In this document: piece by piece, positions 36,209 through 45,517 of the stretch
Layout of the letters: each line of letters opens with the position of its first letter
How positions within the stretch are numbered: position 1 is the first letter of the stretch
Source of the DNA: Terriglobia bacterium
GTDB lineage: Bacteria > Acidobacteriota > Terriglobia > Terriglobales > Acidobacteriaceae
Reading direction: 5' to 3'
DNA: 64,000 nt
NCBI GenBank assembly: GCA_963770085.1
Contig: CAVYOH010000001.1
Span: 528,164-592,163 of the forward strand
Program-made: the position numbers and the translations under genes
Notes under the pieces: model-generated
The model's database searches: none
What the model was told of the DNA's origin: nothing
The model's input: only the letters and a program-made list of their open reading frames with translations

Positions 36209-37660
36209 ATGGCAGATAGAGCACCCTCGCGGTCCTTAGAAAACCAACTTTTTTATGAGGTTTTCAACGCGAGCCCTATCGGGATTGTCCTGGAGAACAT
36301 GGATGGAGAGCCTCTCTTCGTCAATGCATTTTTTTGCTCAATGCTGGGATTCAGCGAAGAGGAATTGCGCCGCAAACACTGTGTGGATTTTTCTCCTGCC
36401 GAAGATGCGGAGAAGGACTGGGCCCTCTTTCAGCAGTTGAAAGCGGGTTTAATCAAACACTATCAGATCGAGAAGCGTTATTTCCGGCGCGACGGCTCGT
36501 TGGTCTGGGGACATTTGAGCATCTCTCTGATGAATCAAACACCCCCGCTGGTCATCGCTACGGTGGAAGACATTACAGAGAAAAGGATGGCGGAAGAAGT
36601 GCGTTCGCGTCACGCCGCCATTGTGGAATCGTCTGAAGATGCAATCGTTTCCCAGAATCTAGATGGGATTATTCAAAGTTGGAACGCCGGAGCGCAGAAC
36701 ATCTTTGGATACACCGAAGCGGAAGTGGTTGGCCAGCCCTTCACGATTCTTGTCCCGGCCGCACTGAGGCAGGGAGAACAGCAGATTCTTGACAGGCTCA
36801 GGGCGGGAGAACGAGTTGAGCACTATGAGACTGTTCGAGTTACGAAACGCGGAAAAAAGATTCATGTGTCACTGGCTATTTCTGTAATCAGGGATGCAAG
36901 CGGCAGAGTAACTGGTTTTTCCAAGATAGCCCGTGACATCACGGAAAGGAAACAGACCGAAGATACTCTCGCAGACGTCAGCCGCAAGCTGGTCAACATT
37001 CAGGAAGAAGAACGCCGCCGCATAGCACGAGACCTTCACGACGACATTAGCCAGCGTCTGGCAATGTTGGCCGTAGAAATCGAACAACTGAAGCTGGACC
37101 CTCCCCATTCTGCCGATGACCTCAAAGGCCAACTCACTGGACTTGGGGCGGCCGTTCATGGGGTTTCCAAGGGAGTGCAATCCATATCGCATCAACTCCA
37201 TCCTCCGCATCTCGAATATCTTGGCCTAGTGTCGGCGATGAAGAGTTTCTGCCAGGAGTCTGCTGCGCGCCGGAAGGTGGAGATCGATTTTACGAGCGAC
37301 GACATTACGGAGCCTGTGTCTCAAGAAATCTCATTATGTCTCTTTCGAATTCTCCAGGAAGCATTGCACAACGCCGCCAAGCATAGTGGAGTAGGCCACT
37401 TCCGCGTGAGCCTGAATCAATCAACGGAACAGCTCCACCTAACGGTTTCAGACGGCGGCGCTGGTTTTGACGTTGAATCGGTGATGAACAAGGAGGGACT
37501 GGGGCTAACCAGCATGCGCGAGCGAGTTCGGCTGGTGAATGGGACGATGGTGATCGAATCAAAACTGATGGCTGGAACGACTGTCCATGTTTGCGTGCCT
37601 TTTGAGCCGGAGCGCGAGGCCTCAAGACAGGCAACTGGAAAATACACGACTCACCGCTGA
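36209..37660 (+). CDS. soluble PAS-PAS sensor histidine kinase (HisKA_3 type)
   Basis: No TM segment. Two PAS-like modules (SPIGIVLENMDGEPLFVN..., IVESSEDAIVSQNLDGIIQSWN...). H-box RIARDLHDDISQRL. N-box LQEALHNAAKHS, plus DGGAGF and GLGLTSMRERV. Confidence 0.85.
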   Translation: MADRAPSRSLENQLFYEVFNASPIGIVLENMDGEPLFVNAFFCSMLGFSEEELRRKHCVDFSPAEDAEKDWALFQQLKAGLIKHYQIEKRYFRRDGSLVWGHLSISLMNQTPPLVIATVEDITEKRMAEEVRSRHAAIVESSEDAIVSQNLDGIIQSWNAGAQNIFGYTEAEVVGQPFTILVPAALRQGEQQILDRLRAGERVEHYETVRVTKRGKKIHVSLAISVIRDASGRVTGFSKIARDITERKQTEDTLADVSRKLVNIQEEERRRIARDLHDDISQRLAMLAVEIEQLKLDPPHSADDLKGQLTGLGAAVHGVSKGVQSISHQLHPPHLEYLGLVSAMKSFCQESAARRKVEIDFTSDDITEPVSQEISLCLFRILQEALHNAAKHSGVGHFRVSLNQSTEQLHLTVSDGGAGFDVESVMNKEGLGLTSMRERVRLVNGTMVIESKLMAGTTVHVCVPFEPEREASRQATGKYTTHR

Positions 37661-37700
37661 TGAACGCCTATAACGCTGATTTACAGTGAAGCGAAAACCC

Positions 37701-37730
37701 TACCGCGGATTCACGCGGATGATCGCGGAC
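37701..37730. repeat. 3 x 10-bp tandem direct repeat (core CGCGGA)
   Basis: TACCGCGGAT TCACGCGGAT GATCGCGGAC with an exact 10-nt period, between the kinase stop and the dinB-family gene. Confidence 0.8.
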
Positions 37731-37897
37731 AAAACAACAAGACCGTAGCAGGCAATTAGCGTCTAGCCAACGGCGCGGCTCACCGGCTGTGACCAGCGTG
37801 CTGCTCGCCCAATTCCGAATTTTGTTCAAACTTTAGAGGCAGCGCCACGTCTAACCAGCGACGGAATTTCTGAAATCAAAGTAAGGAGAAATTCACA

Positions 37898-38485
37898 ATG
37901 AGACGGTCTTCTAGACGGTTTTCGCTTGCGCTGGTTGCGGTCACTTTGTTTGCTGCCATTGGAATGGGCCTTCACAGTCAGACTCAAACACAGAACCAGG
38001 CTCCGGGGCCGGCGCGCTCACGGTCTGACGAGATGCTGGACAGGTGGAATGACATTGGGAACAAACTTGTGGCCATGGCGAAGAGTTTTCCCGAAGACAA
38101 ATACGACTTCAAGGTGCAGAAGGACCAGCGTACGTTCGCCGACAATCTTCTCCACGCCGCTGCGCTGGATTTCGTTCTGATACGCAGGGTCTCCGGAACC
38201 AACGTTGGGCCTGACTTCGGCGAAGGCGATAATCCATCGCGCGCCGCTTTCAAAACCAAGGCCGATGTAGTGAAGTTCGTGCAGGAGGCCGTCACCGACG
38301 GTGCGCAAGTAATCCAACAGCAGGGCGACGCCGGGCTGGACAAGACAACAAAATTCTTTGGCAACCGTATGGTGCATAACTCCACCATCTGGACATTTGC
38401 CATCGAACACAGCGGCGAGCACTATGGCCAGCTTGTGGTCTACTATCGTGCGAATAACCTTGTGCCACCTGACTCGCGAAAGTAA
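37898..38485 (+). CDS. DinB-family (DinB_2-like) protein with N-terminal signal/anchor
   Basis: AGGAGA before ATG. Hydrophobic leader RRFSLALVAVTLFAAIG. C-terminal HSGEHYGQLVVYYR, typical of the DinB four-helix-bundle family. Confidence 0.7.
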   Translation: MRRSSRRFSLALVAVTLFAAIGMGLHSQTQTQNQAPGPARSRSDEMLDRWNDIGNKLVAMAKSFPEDKYDFKVQKDQRTFADNLLHAAALDFVLIRRVSGTNVGPDFGEGDNPSRAAFKTKADVVKFVQEAVTDGAQVIQQQGDAGLDKTTKFFGNRMVHNSTIWTFAIEHSGEHYGQLVVYYRANNLVPPDSRK

Positions 38486-38495
38486 TGCGGCAAGC

Positions 38496-38530
38496 TTAGC
38501 AAATGGCAGTTAGCAATTAGCAACTGGCAA
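38496..38530. repeat. 5 x 7-bp tandem heptamer (TTAGCAA/CTGGCAA type)
   Basis: TTAGCAA ATGGCAG TTAGCAA TTAGCAA CTGGCAA, immediately after the dinB-family stop. Confidence 0.75.
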
Positions 38531-38716
38531 ACCAATACTGATGAACACACACCCTACCCGAGTTACGGTGATGAGGAATGCCTTACCTCGGACTCCAGTG
38601 TGGCGGCAGTGTTTCACTAACATGCAGGAAAGTTAAAAGCCACTTACGGGGCCACGCCTCGGTGCGCCCGGACATCCAAAAAAGTGCAGGTCAATTCAGA
38701 CTTACGGAGAGGAAAT

Positions 38717-38968
38717 ATGTTTGAACGAAAAATACGTACCGGCATTAACGCGCGCACACTCACACTACCTGAACTTGGCCTTCTTGCCGGAACCCGGGTT
38801 GCTCTGGGAATCGGAATTGGTTTGTTGCTTTCTGGCCGGCTGAGCAGAGACCAGCGCAAAGGCGCGGGGTTGTCCCTGATGATTGTGGGCGCAGCTACCA
38901 CGGTCCCATTTGTGATTGGACTGATCAGACAGAAAGACAATGTTCGGGAATTTCGCGCGGCAGCCTGA
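38717..38968 (+). CDS. small two-TM hypothetical protein
   Basis: GGAGAGG before ATG 38717. Product MFERKIRTG... has two hydrophobic helices. Confidence 0.45.
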   Translation: MFERKIRTGINARTLTLPELGLLAGTRVALGIGIGLLLSGRLSRDQRKGAGLSLMIVGAATTVPFVIGLIRQKDNVREFRAAA

Positions 38969-39064
38969 AAAGAAATCGCCGAGATCGCCGTCATCGGAAG
39001 CCAAAACCAAACATTCACCACGGAGGCACGGAGAGAAGCGAAGGCTTGGTTGGGGACAGGAAGC

Positions 39065-40288
39065 TTATTTCTTCTTCGCCAGCAATCCAGACATCGCCCA
39101 GATTCCAAGCACCGGGCCAACGGCCATGCTGGCCATTGCCCACTGCCATCCCACGTGAGCAGCAATGCTCGCCATGGAGCGGATGGCAAAGGCCGTCAGC
39201 AAGAAGCCGAGAGCGACCTGGCAGGTGAGGGCCGTACCGACGTAACTCTTGTCTGAAACTTCACTGATGATGGTGGAGAACTGGGCAGAGTCGGCGATCA
39301 CGGCAATGCCCCAGATCAACGACAAACCTACCAACAACATGGGGTGGTGAAAGACCAGAGCCGCCACCAGACAGCAGATTGAACTGATCGCCATGGCGAT
39401 GATGGTGACCCAGGCCCGCTGGGAGACTCGCTCTTCGGCGCTCTGGTCTTGCAGGCGATCGCTGGCGACGCCGGCCCAGATGCATCCGATGGCGCCGATG
39501 CCGATGGCGAGAGCCGCATAGGCCTCATACTTCGAGCGCGACCAGCCGGCAGAAGCGGCGAAGATCACGGCAATCCATCCCCACATGCTGTAAAGCTCCC
39601 ACATGTGGCCGAGATAGCCGAGGTTGGCCAGTCGCAAACGCCGGTTGCGGACAATCTCCAGCATTTGAGTGGGATCGAAGCGTGATTGCGGCATGGCATA
39701 AGGCCCCTCATTCACGCCGAACAAGACGATGAACGCTCCGAGGACCGCCTGCATACTTCCCAGAAGCACTACGTTGCGCCATGAGATCGCGCCTAAAGAG
39801 TTGACGGCATGAGGTAATGCCGAACCCACAGTAAGCGCGCCGATCATGATGCCGAGAGCCAGACCGCGTCCGCGCTGAAACCATCCGGCAATGATCTTCA
39901 TGCCAACGGGATAAACGCCAGCCAGGAAGAAACCGGTTGCGCCGCGAAAGAGTATCGCCGGCACAGGATCCTGAGCAACAAAAGCAAACGCAGCATTCGA
40001 CGCGGCAGCGAGTAGCGCGGAAACGAAAAGAACGCGGATCGGGTTGAAGATGTCTGGAATATTGAATAGAGCAAAGAAGATGGCGCCGAGGGAAAAGCCG
40101 ATCTGCACGGCGATGGTCAGCCATGATCCAAGCGCCAACCCGGACTGCCATAGCTTTGTGACCTGAGGGAGCACTGCCGTGCCGGTAAACCACAATGACA
40201 TGGCCAGCAGTTCCGCGATCGAGAGCAAAAGAAGAACCCGCCGGGTGGAACTGCCACGGCGGGTCTGATCAATGCTGACGGTTGACAC
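39065..40288 (-). CDS. MFS transporter
   Basis: 407 aa with about 12 hydrophobic segments and an MFS-like loop FQRGRGLALG between TM2 and TM3. Confidence 0.8.
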   Translation of the reverse strand: MSTVSIDQTRRGSSTRRVLLLLSIAELLAMSLWFTGTAVLPQVTKLWQSGLALGSWLTIAVQIGFSLGAIFFALFNIPDIFNPIRVLFVSALLAAASNAAFAFVAQDPVPAILFRGATGFFLAGVYPVGMKIIAGWFQRGRGLALGIMIGALTVGSALPHAVNSLGAISWRNVVLLGSMQAVLGAFIVLFGVNEGPYAMPQSRFDPTQMLEIVRNRRLRLANLGYLGHMWELYSMWGWIAVIFAASAGWSRSKYEAYAALAIGIGAIGCIWAGVASDRLQDQSAEERVSQRAWVTIIAMAISSICCLVAALVFHHPMLLVGLSLIWGIAVIADSAQFSTIISEVSDKSYVGTALTCQVALGFLLTAFAIRSMASIAAHVGWQWAMASMAVGPVLGIWAMSGLLAKKK

Positions 40289-40854
40289 TAGCTCTTCATT
40301 TTCCTGCGTTCACAGGATGTAACGACGGCGCTGGGATCAACTGCGTCTTTGTCCGTATGCATCTCGGCGATCTTGCCGTCCTTGTCAATCAGGAAGGTCA
40401 CGCGACGAGCTGCTTTGTATTGCGGGTTGTAGATTCCGTACTGCTGCGTTACTTCGCCACCCCAATCACTAAGCAGCGGGAAGGTGACGCCGATTTTTTC
40501 TGCCCATGCGGCATTGCTGAACGTGCTGTCCATGCTTACACCCAGAACCTGGGTGTCTGCGGCTTCCAGCTTTTGTACATTCTGCTGGAACGCCTGCATT
40601 TCCTTGGTTCAACCACCGGTAAAGGCGAAGACATAAAACGCAAGAGCAACATTCTTTTTGCCGCGATAGTCGCTGAGTTTAACTTCTTTGCGGTTTTGAT
40701 CCAGCAGCTTGAAGTCAGGAGCCATTTCTCCGACTTTAAACTTTGGTTCAGGAGGGGCATCTTTCTTTTCGCCTTGCGCCCAGAGACGTGTAGCCGTCTG
40801 CTGAGCCACCAGAGCGAACATGCAAAGCATGATCACTAATGACAATTTCCGCAT
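40288..40854 (-). CDS. exported AhpE/BCP-like peroxiredoxin with in-frame TGA (candidate selenocysteine) at the peroxidatic position
   Basis: ORFs 40609..40911 and 40288..40599 are in the same frame, separated only by TGA 40609-40611 plus 3 codons. The joined product reads ...[22 protein letters not shown]...[13 protein letters not shown]...[12 protein letters not shown]. This is the Prx active-site context FTxxC(T/P)xE with U at the Cys position. AAGGAAAG before ATG 40854, then a signal peptide [19 protein letters not shown]. Confidence 0.65.
40538..40593 (-). other. candidate bacterial SECIS hairpins 3' of the in-frame UGA
   Basis: Hairpin 1 (40559-40593, +16 to +50 from UGA): GCG-UUCCAGC-[AGAAUGUACAAAA]-GCUGGAA-gc-CGC. 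Hairpin 2 (40538-40556, +53 to +71): perfect 8-bp stem ACACCCAG-[GUU]-CUGGGUGU. Confidence 0.4.
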
Positions 40855-41027
40855 GGTCACTTTCCTTATGCGATTCGTTGGACTTCGAATCGGTAATAAG
40901 CCTATATTCACTGCGCGATTAGGTCAACGCTTACTGAAGATCGCGTGCCGAATTGGGCTTTGATTCGCAAGAACACCGGTGCAAATACGTTCCCTGAATA
41001 AAGAAATGTAAAGAAGATGAGGCAATC

Positions 41028-41759
41028 ATGAAGTGGATGAGTGTGATGGCGGTAGTGGTTCTGGTTCTGGCATGTGCCGGACTCGCGCTGGGGCAAAATG
41101 CACCGACGTATGGAATTCAGCCGAACACTATTTACTCCGGTGCAGACGGGAAGTTTGAGTCGGCTCCAGATACGGCCGTTCTGCAAATGGAGATTGCGTC
41201 CCAACAGGACACATCAAAAGCCGCTTACGATAAGGTAGCCGCGGCCGCTACCAGCGTGCGCAACGTGTTACGCAATAACGGGATTGAACCCAAGACGGCG
41301 GAGATTGCGAACTATTCCGTTCAGCCCATCTACGACTGGAAAAATCCCAAACGCAAAGTGATCGCCTACCGAGTGGTCTCCAGCGTGAAGCTAAAGACCC
41401 ATGACTTCAACAAGATAGGTGCGCTCACGGAACAGCTGGCCGCCATTGATGAGGCGTCTAACCAGTCGGTTGACTACACTCTGGAAGATATTGAACAGGC
41501 CAAAGCCAAAGCATCTGAAGATGCCTTGAAGAAAGCGCGGACTCAGGCAAACGCGATTGCAGTGGCGGGTGGAAGAGTGCTCGGTGAGCTGGTATACGCT
41601 TCCGTGGATGTGAATCAACAGCAGATTGTACCCATGATGATGCGGACGGCGGGCATGGCAAGAACGGCAGCAGCGGAAGCTGCTCCTCCGACTGCCGAGT
41701 TCACGCCGCAGACGGTAACTATTAACGCGCACGTGAATGCTTTGTTCGCGTTGAAATAA
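41028..41759 (+). CDS. SIMPL/DUF541 periplasmic protein
   Basis: Signal peptide. Pattern ...VLQMEIASQQDTSKAAYDKVAAA...YSVQPIYDW...AYRVVSSVKLK, typical of SIMPL-domain (26-kDa periplasmic antigen-like) proteins. Confidence 0.7.
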   Translation: MKWMSVMAVVVLVLACAGLALGQNAPTYGIQPNTIYSGADGKFESAPDTAVLQMEIASQQDTSKAAYDKVAAAATSVRNVLRNNGIEPKTAEIANYSVQPIYDWKNPKRKVIAYRVVSSVKLKTHDFNKIGALTEQLAAIDEASNQSVDYTLEDIEQAKAKASEDALKKARTQANAIAVAGGRVLGELVYASVDVNQQQIVPMMMRTAGMARTAAAEAAPPTAEFTPQTVTINAHVNALFALK

Positions 41760-42099
41760 GCAATGCCGCGATCTCACAAACCGAGATGGCGATCGCTGAA
41801 GTTTTTCGGAATGCACTAAGCCTGGGGCATTATGCTGGGCATTGTTTGTGGCGGAAGAATTGCCTGCATTTCTTACGCACATTCTTACTCACTGACTCGT
41901 GGAAAAATTTCCCTGAGCAGGGAATTACTACCAGGCCAATCCAGAGATATTCATAGCAACTCCTTTATTTTCAATGGCCAACAATTGGCAAGGGGAGTGC
42001 AGTAAGAGAGGACAGACGAAGTGGCGCGCATCGGGGCGCTTTCGAGGACCTAACGGCCAGAGGTCCTGAGAAAGTGCCTCGTTGCTTTTTCCGCCATTT

Positions 42100-42327
42100 T
42101 CAGACCAGCTGAACCTTTTCTCGCAGATCAATTCCCGCCCGCCTGAGGATCGAAGCAATCTCCCCATCGTTCAATCTGGTAGCGTCATATTCCACGCGGA
42201 TGGTCTTTTCCTTCTCGTCAAAGTTGATCTTGCGGACGCCATAGACTTCCCAGGCGTTGTTCAAGGCCATCATCTGTTTTTCGCCTGGCGGCATTCCGTA
42301 TCTGAAAACCACATCCAATAAAGTCAT
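42100..42327 (-). CDS. small hypothetical protein divergent from csoR-copA
   Basis: 75 aa with GAGGAA just before the ATG. No Cys and no metal motif. Function unknown. Confidence 0.5.
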   Translation of the reverse strand: MTLLDVVFRYGMPPGEKQMMALNNAWEVYGVRKINFDEKEKTIRVEYDATRLNDGEIASILRRAGIDLREKVQLV

Positions 42328-42439
42328 TCATTTCCTCTGATTGCGCTTCCATGCCTGGCACGGAGCTGGTTGTAAGGGTGAAGCTCCACTCCAATATAGA
42401 ACAACTTTGCAGGCGGATGCAGTTGCGGACGCCGGCATT

Positions 42440-42468
42440 TTGACATTGATACCCCCTAGGGGTATAGT
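42440..42468 (+). promoter_or_regulatory. consensus-like sigma70 promoter with embedded CsoR-type operator
   Basis: TTGACA (42440-42445), 17 nt, TATAGT (42463-42468). The spacer and -10 contain the perfect inverted repeat ATACCCC-cta-GGGGTAT (42449-42465). Confidence 0.7.
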
Positions 42469-42496
42469 CAAAAGGATGGCAGGAGCGAGCCAGAGC

Positions 42497-42829
42497 ATGG
42501 CAACCAGAAAAAAAAGCAAGTCGAGGCATCACTCTCCCACGCATGCACTGCATGTGGCTAGCGGAGTCAAGGAGAACATGCTGTTGCGGCTGCGCCGCGT
42601 TGAGGGCCAGGTCCGGGGCATACAGAAGATGGTGGAAGAAGAGCGCTATTGTCCCGATGTACTGACGCAGATGTCGGCTATTCATGAATCGCTGCGGTCT
42701 GTAGAGCGCATTCTGATGAAGAACCATCTCCAACACTGCGCCACCGAAGCTCTGCGATCCGGCGACGAGATCAAGGCGCAAAAGACCTATGACGAACTCA
42801 CTGAGCTTTTTTACCGGCACGCGCGCTAA
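42497..42829 (+). CDS. csoR: CsoR/RcnR-family metal-sensing repressor (C-H-C ligand set, Cu-type)
   Basis: LLRLRRVEGQVRGIQKMVEEERYCPDVLTQMSAIHESL...NHLQHC. AGGAG lies 11 nt before ATG 42497. ATG 42476 is an alternative, possibly leaderless, start. Confidence 0.8.
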   Translation: MATRKKSKSRHHSPTHALHVASGVKENMLLRLRRVEGQVRGIQKMVEEERYCPDVLTQMSAIHESLRSVERILMKNHLQHCATEALRSGDEIKAQKTYDELTELFYRHAR

Positions 42830-42844
42830 AGGCAGAAGCCATTC

Positions 42845-45517
42845 ATGGAAACGTTAAAACCGGTCAGAGACGTGGTTTGCAACATGCAGGTGGATCCCGC
42901 AAAGGCTGCGGCAACGGCTGAGCATGAAGGAACCCAGTACTACTTTTGCAGCCGTGGTTGCGAACAGAAGTTCACGGCATCTCCAGAGCATTACCTGAAC
43001 ACGGACAGCGAGCAGATGGAAGGCGACCATCAGCCGGGAGCGGGAAAAGTGCAGGACGTCGTTTGCGGCATGTGGGTAGATCCTGCCAAAGCACGGGGAA
43101 AAGCCGAGTACGGCGGTAAGACCTTTTATTTCTGCAGTCCGCGTTGCGAAGAAAAGTTTAAAGCCGATCCTGAGCGGCTGTCGCAAACAAAGCCGGCATC
43201 TGGATTGGTACAGCTGGGAAGAACACCGCCGATTGTCGCTGCAACGGACAAGCCACTGGGGAAACCTGCGCACGGCAACGACAGCGTCAAGAGCAAGGGC
43301 AGCGTGACCTACATCTGCCCCATGGACCCGGACATACGCGAAAGCAAGCCAGGAGCGTGCCCAAAGTGCGGCATGGCTCTTGAGCCCGAAGTAGTGCAAT
43401 ACACATGTCCGATGCACCCGCAGATTGTGCGGGATGGTCCGGGCACGTGTCCGATCTGCGGCATGGCACTGGAGCCGCGCACGATTGCCGGCGCGCACCA
43501 TGTGCATATGGAAGATGATTCCGAACTGCGCAGCATGACCCGGCGCTTCTGGACCGGCGTGGCGCTGAGTGCGCCATTGCTGATTCTCTCCATGGGAGAG
43601 ATGTGGGAGGGCAGCCCGTTGCATTCTGTGCCCGCCTCCATCCTGAATTGGATCCAACTCGCGCTGGCGACGCCGGTAGTCTTGTGGGGCGGCTGGCCGT
43701 TCTTTCAGCGTGGCTGGAATTCCATTGTTAATCGCTATCTCAACATGTTCACGCTGATTGCGCTGGGGACAGGCACCGCCTATTTCTACAGCCTGCTAGC
43801 AACCGTGGCGCCGAATCTTTTTCCGCAAGCGTTCCGCGGACATGGCGGAAGCGTTGAGGTTTATTTCGAAACCAGTGCTGTCATCGTAACGCTGGTGCTC
43901 CTGGGGCAGGTGCTGGAATTGCGCGCGCGGAAACAGACCGGTTCAGCTATACGTGCGTTGCTTGATCTCACGCCCAAGACCGCGCGGCGAGTGCAAGCCG
44001 ATGGAAGCGACGAGGAGATACCTCTCGACCAGATTGCGCATGGCGACCGTCTGCGAGTGCGCCCGGGCGATCGCGTGCCGGTGGATGGGACAATTTTGGA
44101 AGGGAAGAGCTCGGTCGATGAATCGATGGTTACGGGTGAATCCCTGCCGATGGAAAAAGCTGCTGGAGCCAGAGTCATCGGCGGCACCGTGAACCAGAAC
44201 GGTTCATTCGTGATGCGAGCGGACAGGCTCGGTTCGGAAACTTTGCTGGCGCAGATTGTCCGCATGGTGGGCGAAGCGCAGCGCAGCCGCGCTCCCATAC
44301 AAGCTCTGGCGGATAAAGTGGCAGGCTACTTTGTGCCTGCGGTGATTGCCGTGGCCATACTTACATTTATTGTCTGGGCGGCGTTTGGTCCTGAACCGCG
44401 CTTTGCTCACGGATTGGTCAACGCTGTGGCGGTACTCATCATCGCGTGTCCTTGCGCACTGGGCTTGGCGACGCCCATGGCAGTGATGGTCGGCACCGGG
44501 CGCGGCGCACACGCGGGCGTGCTGGTAAAGAACGCTGAAGCTTTGGAGAAACTGGAGAAAGTGGACACGCTGGTGCTGGACAAAACCGGCACACTCACGG
44601 AGGGCAGGCCCAAGCTCACGCAAATCATGGCAGCAGACGGCATCAATCAAGTCGACCTGCTGCTTCTGGTGGCCGCGGTGGAAAGACTGAGTGAACATCC
44701 CATTGCAGCCGCTATTGTCAAAGGAGCAGAAGCGCGGCACTTGACTTTGCCGGCAGTGGATAACTTTCAATCATTTCCTGGTCAGGGAGTGTCGGCTGAT
44801 GTGGCTGGCCGCAACGTATCGGTAGGAACGGCTGAGTTCCTCGCTGGTCGCGGAGTCGAGGTGGCGCAACTTTCCACGCAAGCTGAAGTACTTCGCCGTT
44901 CGGGAGAGACGGTTGTGCTGGCGGCGTTTAACACGCGGCCCGCAGGTGTGATTGGCGTATCTGATCCAATTAAGGAATCCGCGCGCGAAACGCTGAATAT
45001 GCTGCGCGCCACCGGCCTTCGCCTGGTCATGCTCACCGGCGACAACAAGGAAACGGCCCAAGCCATCGCTAACAAATTAGGGATCACCGAATTTGAAGCG
45101 GAAGTACTTCCAGACCAGAAGGCCGCCGCCGTCAAAAAGCTGCAAGCCCAGGGACGCATTGTAGCCATGGCGGGCGATGGTGTGAATGACGCACCTGCGC
45201 TGGCGCAAGCCGATGTCGGCATCGCCATGGGAACAGGGACTGACGTTGCCATTGAGAGCGGCGACATCACGCTGGTGAAGGGCGATCTGCGCGCCATTGC
45301 GCGTGCCCGCAATCTCAGCCGGGTCACCATGAGGAACATCCGGCAAAATCTGTTTTTTGCCTTTATCTATAACCTGCTGGGAGTGCCACTGGCGGCCGGA
45401 ATTCTGTATCCGTTCTTTGGACTGCTGTTGCAGCCTGTCTTCGCGGCCGCCGCCATGAGTTTCAGTTCAGTTTCCGTCATCGCCAATGCGTTACGCCTTC
45501 GCAACGCAAAGCTATAG
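42845..45517 (+). CDS. copA: copper-translocating P1B-type ATPase with TRASH/YHS and zinc-ribbon-like N-terminal modules
   Basis: Two VC(N/G)MxVDPAKA...YYFCS..C modules. Two CPMxP....G.CP.CGMALEP modules. CPC in the TM helix (IACPCALGL). [15 protein letters not shown]. Confidence 0.9.
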   Translation: METLKPVRDVVCNMQVDPAKAAATAEHEGTQYYFCSRGCEQKFTASPEHYLNTDSEQMEGDHQPGAGKVQDVVCGMWVDPAKARGKAEYGGKTFYFCSPRCEEKFKADPERLSQTKPASGLVQLGRTPPIVAATDKPLGKPAHGNDSVKSKGSVTYICPMDPDIRESKPGACPKCGMALEPEVVQYTCPMHPQIVRDGPGTCPICGMALEPRTIAGAHHVHMEDDSELRSMTRRFWTGVALSAPLLILSMGEMWEGSPLHSVPASILNWIQLALATPVVLWGGWPFFQRGWNSIVNRYLNMFTLIALGTGTAYFYSLLATVAPNLFPQAFRGHGGSVEVYFETSAVIVTLVLLGQVLELRARKQTGSAIRALLDLTPKTARRVQADGSDEEIPLDQIAHGDRLRVRPGDRVPVDGTILEGKSSVDESMVTGESLPMEKAAGARVIGGTVNQNGSFVMRADRLGSETLLAQIVRMVGEAQRSRAPIQALADKVAGYFVPAVIAVAILTFIVWAAFGPEPRFAHGLVNAVAVLIIACPCALGLATPMAVMVGTGRGAHAGVLVKNAEALEKLEKVDTLVLDKTGTLTEGRPKLTQIMAADGINQVDLLLLVAAVERLSEHPIAAAIVKGAEARHLTLPAVDNFQSFPGQGVSADVAGRNVSVGTAEFLAGRGVEVAQLSTQAEVLRRSGETVVLAAFNTRPAGVIGVSDPIKESARETLNMLRATGLRLVMLTGDNKETAQAIANKLGITEFEAEVLPDQKAAAVKKLQAQGRIVAMAGDGVNDAPALAQADVGIAMGTGTDVAIESGDITLVKGDLRAIARARNLSRVTMRNIRQNLFFAFIYNLLGVPLAAGILYPFFGLLLQPVFAAAAMSFSSVSVIANALRLRNAKL

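Noticed and set aside
38644-39189. Minus-strand 181-aa ORF overlapping the small TM gene and the MFS gene end.
   Set aside because: Trp/Arg/Pro-rich with no motif. It overlaps the 3' end of the MFS CDS in another frame.
40282-40839. Plus-strand 185-aa ORF antisense to the peroxiredoxin locus.
   Set aside because: The minus strand encodes a recognisable Prx over its full length. The antisense ORF has no motif.
42854-44770. Long minus-strand ORFs (42854..43657 at 267 aa, 43861..44298, 44204..44770 at 188 aa, 44782..45339) antisense to copA.
   Set aside because: They lie entirely within a CDS with unambiguous P-type ATPase motifs. They are Arg/Ala/Pro-rich with no motifs, typical shadow ORFs of GC-rich DNA.
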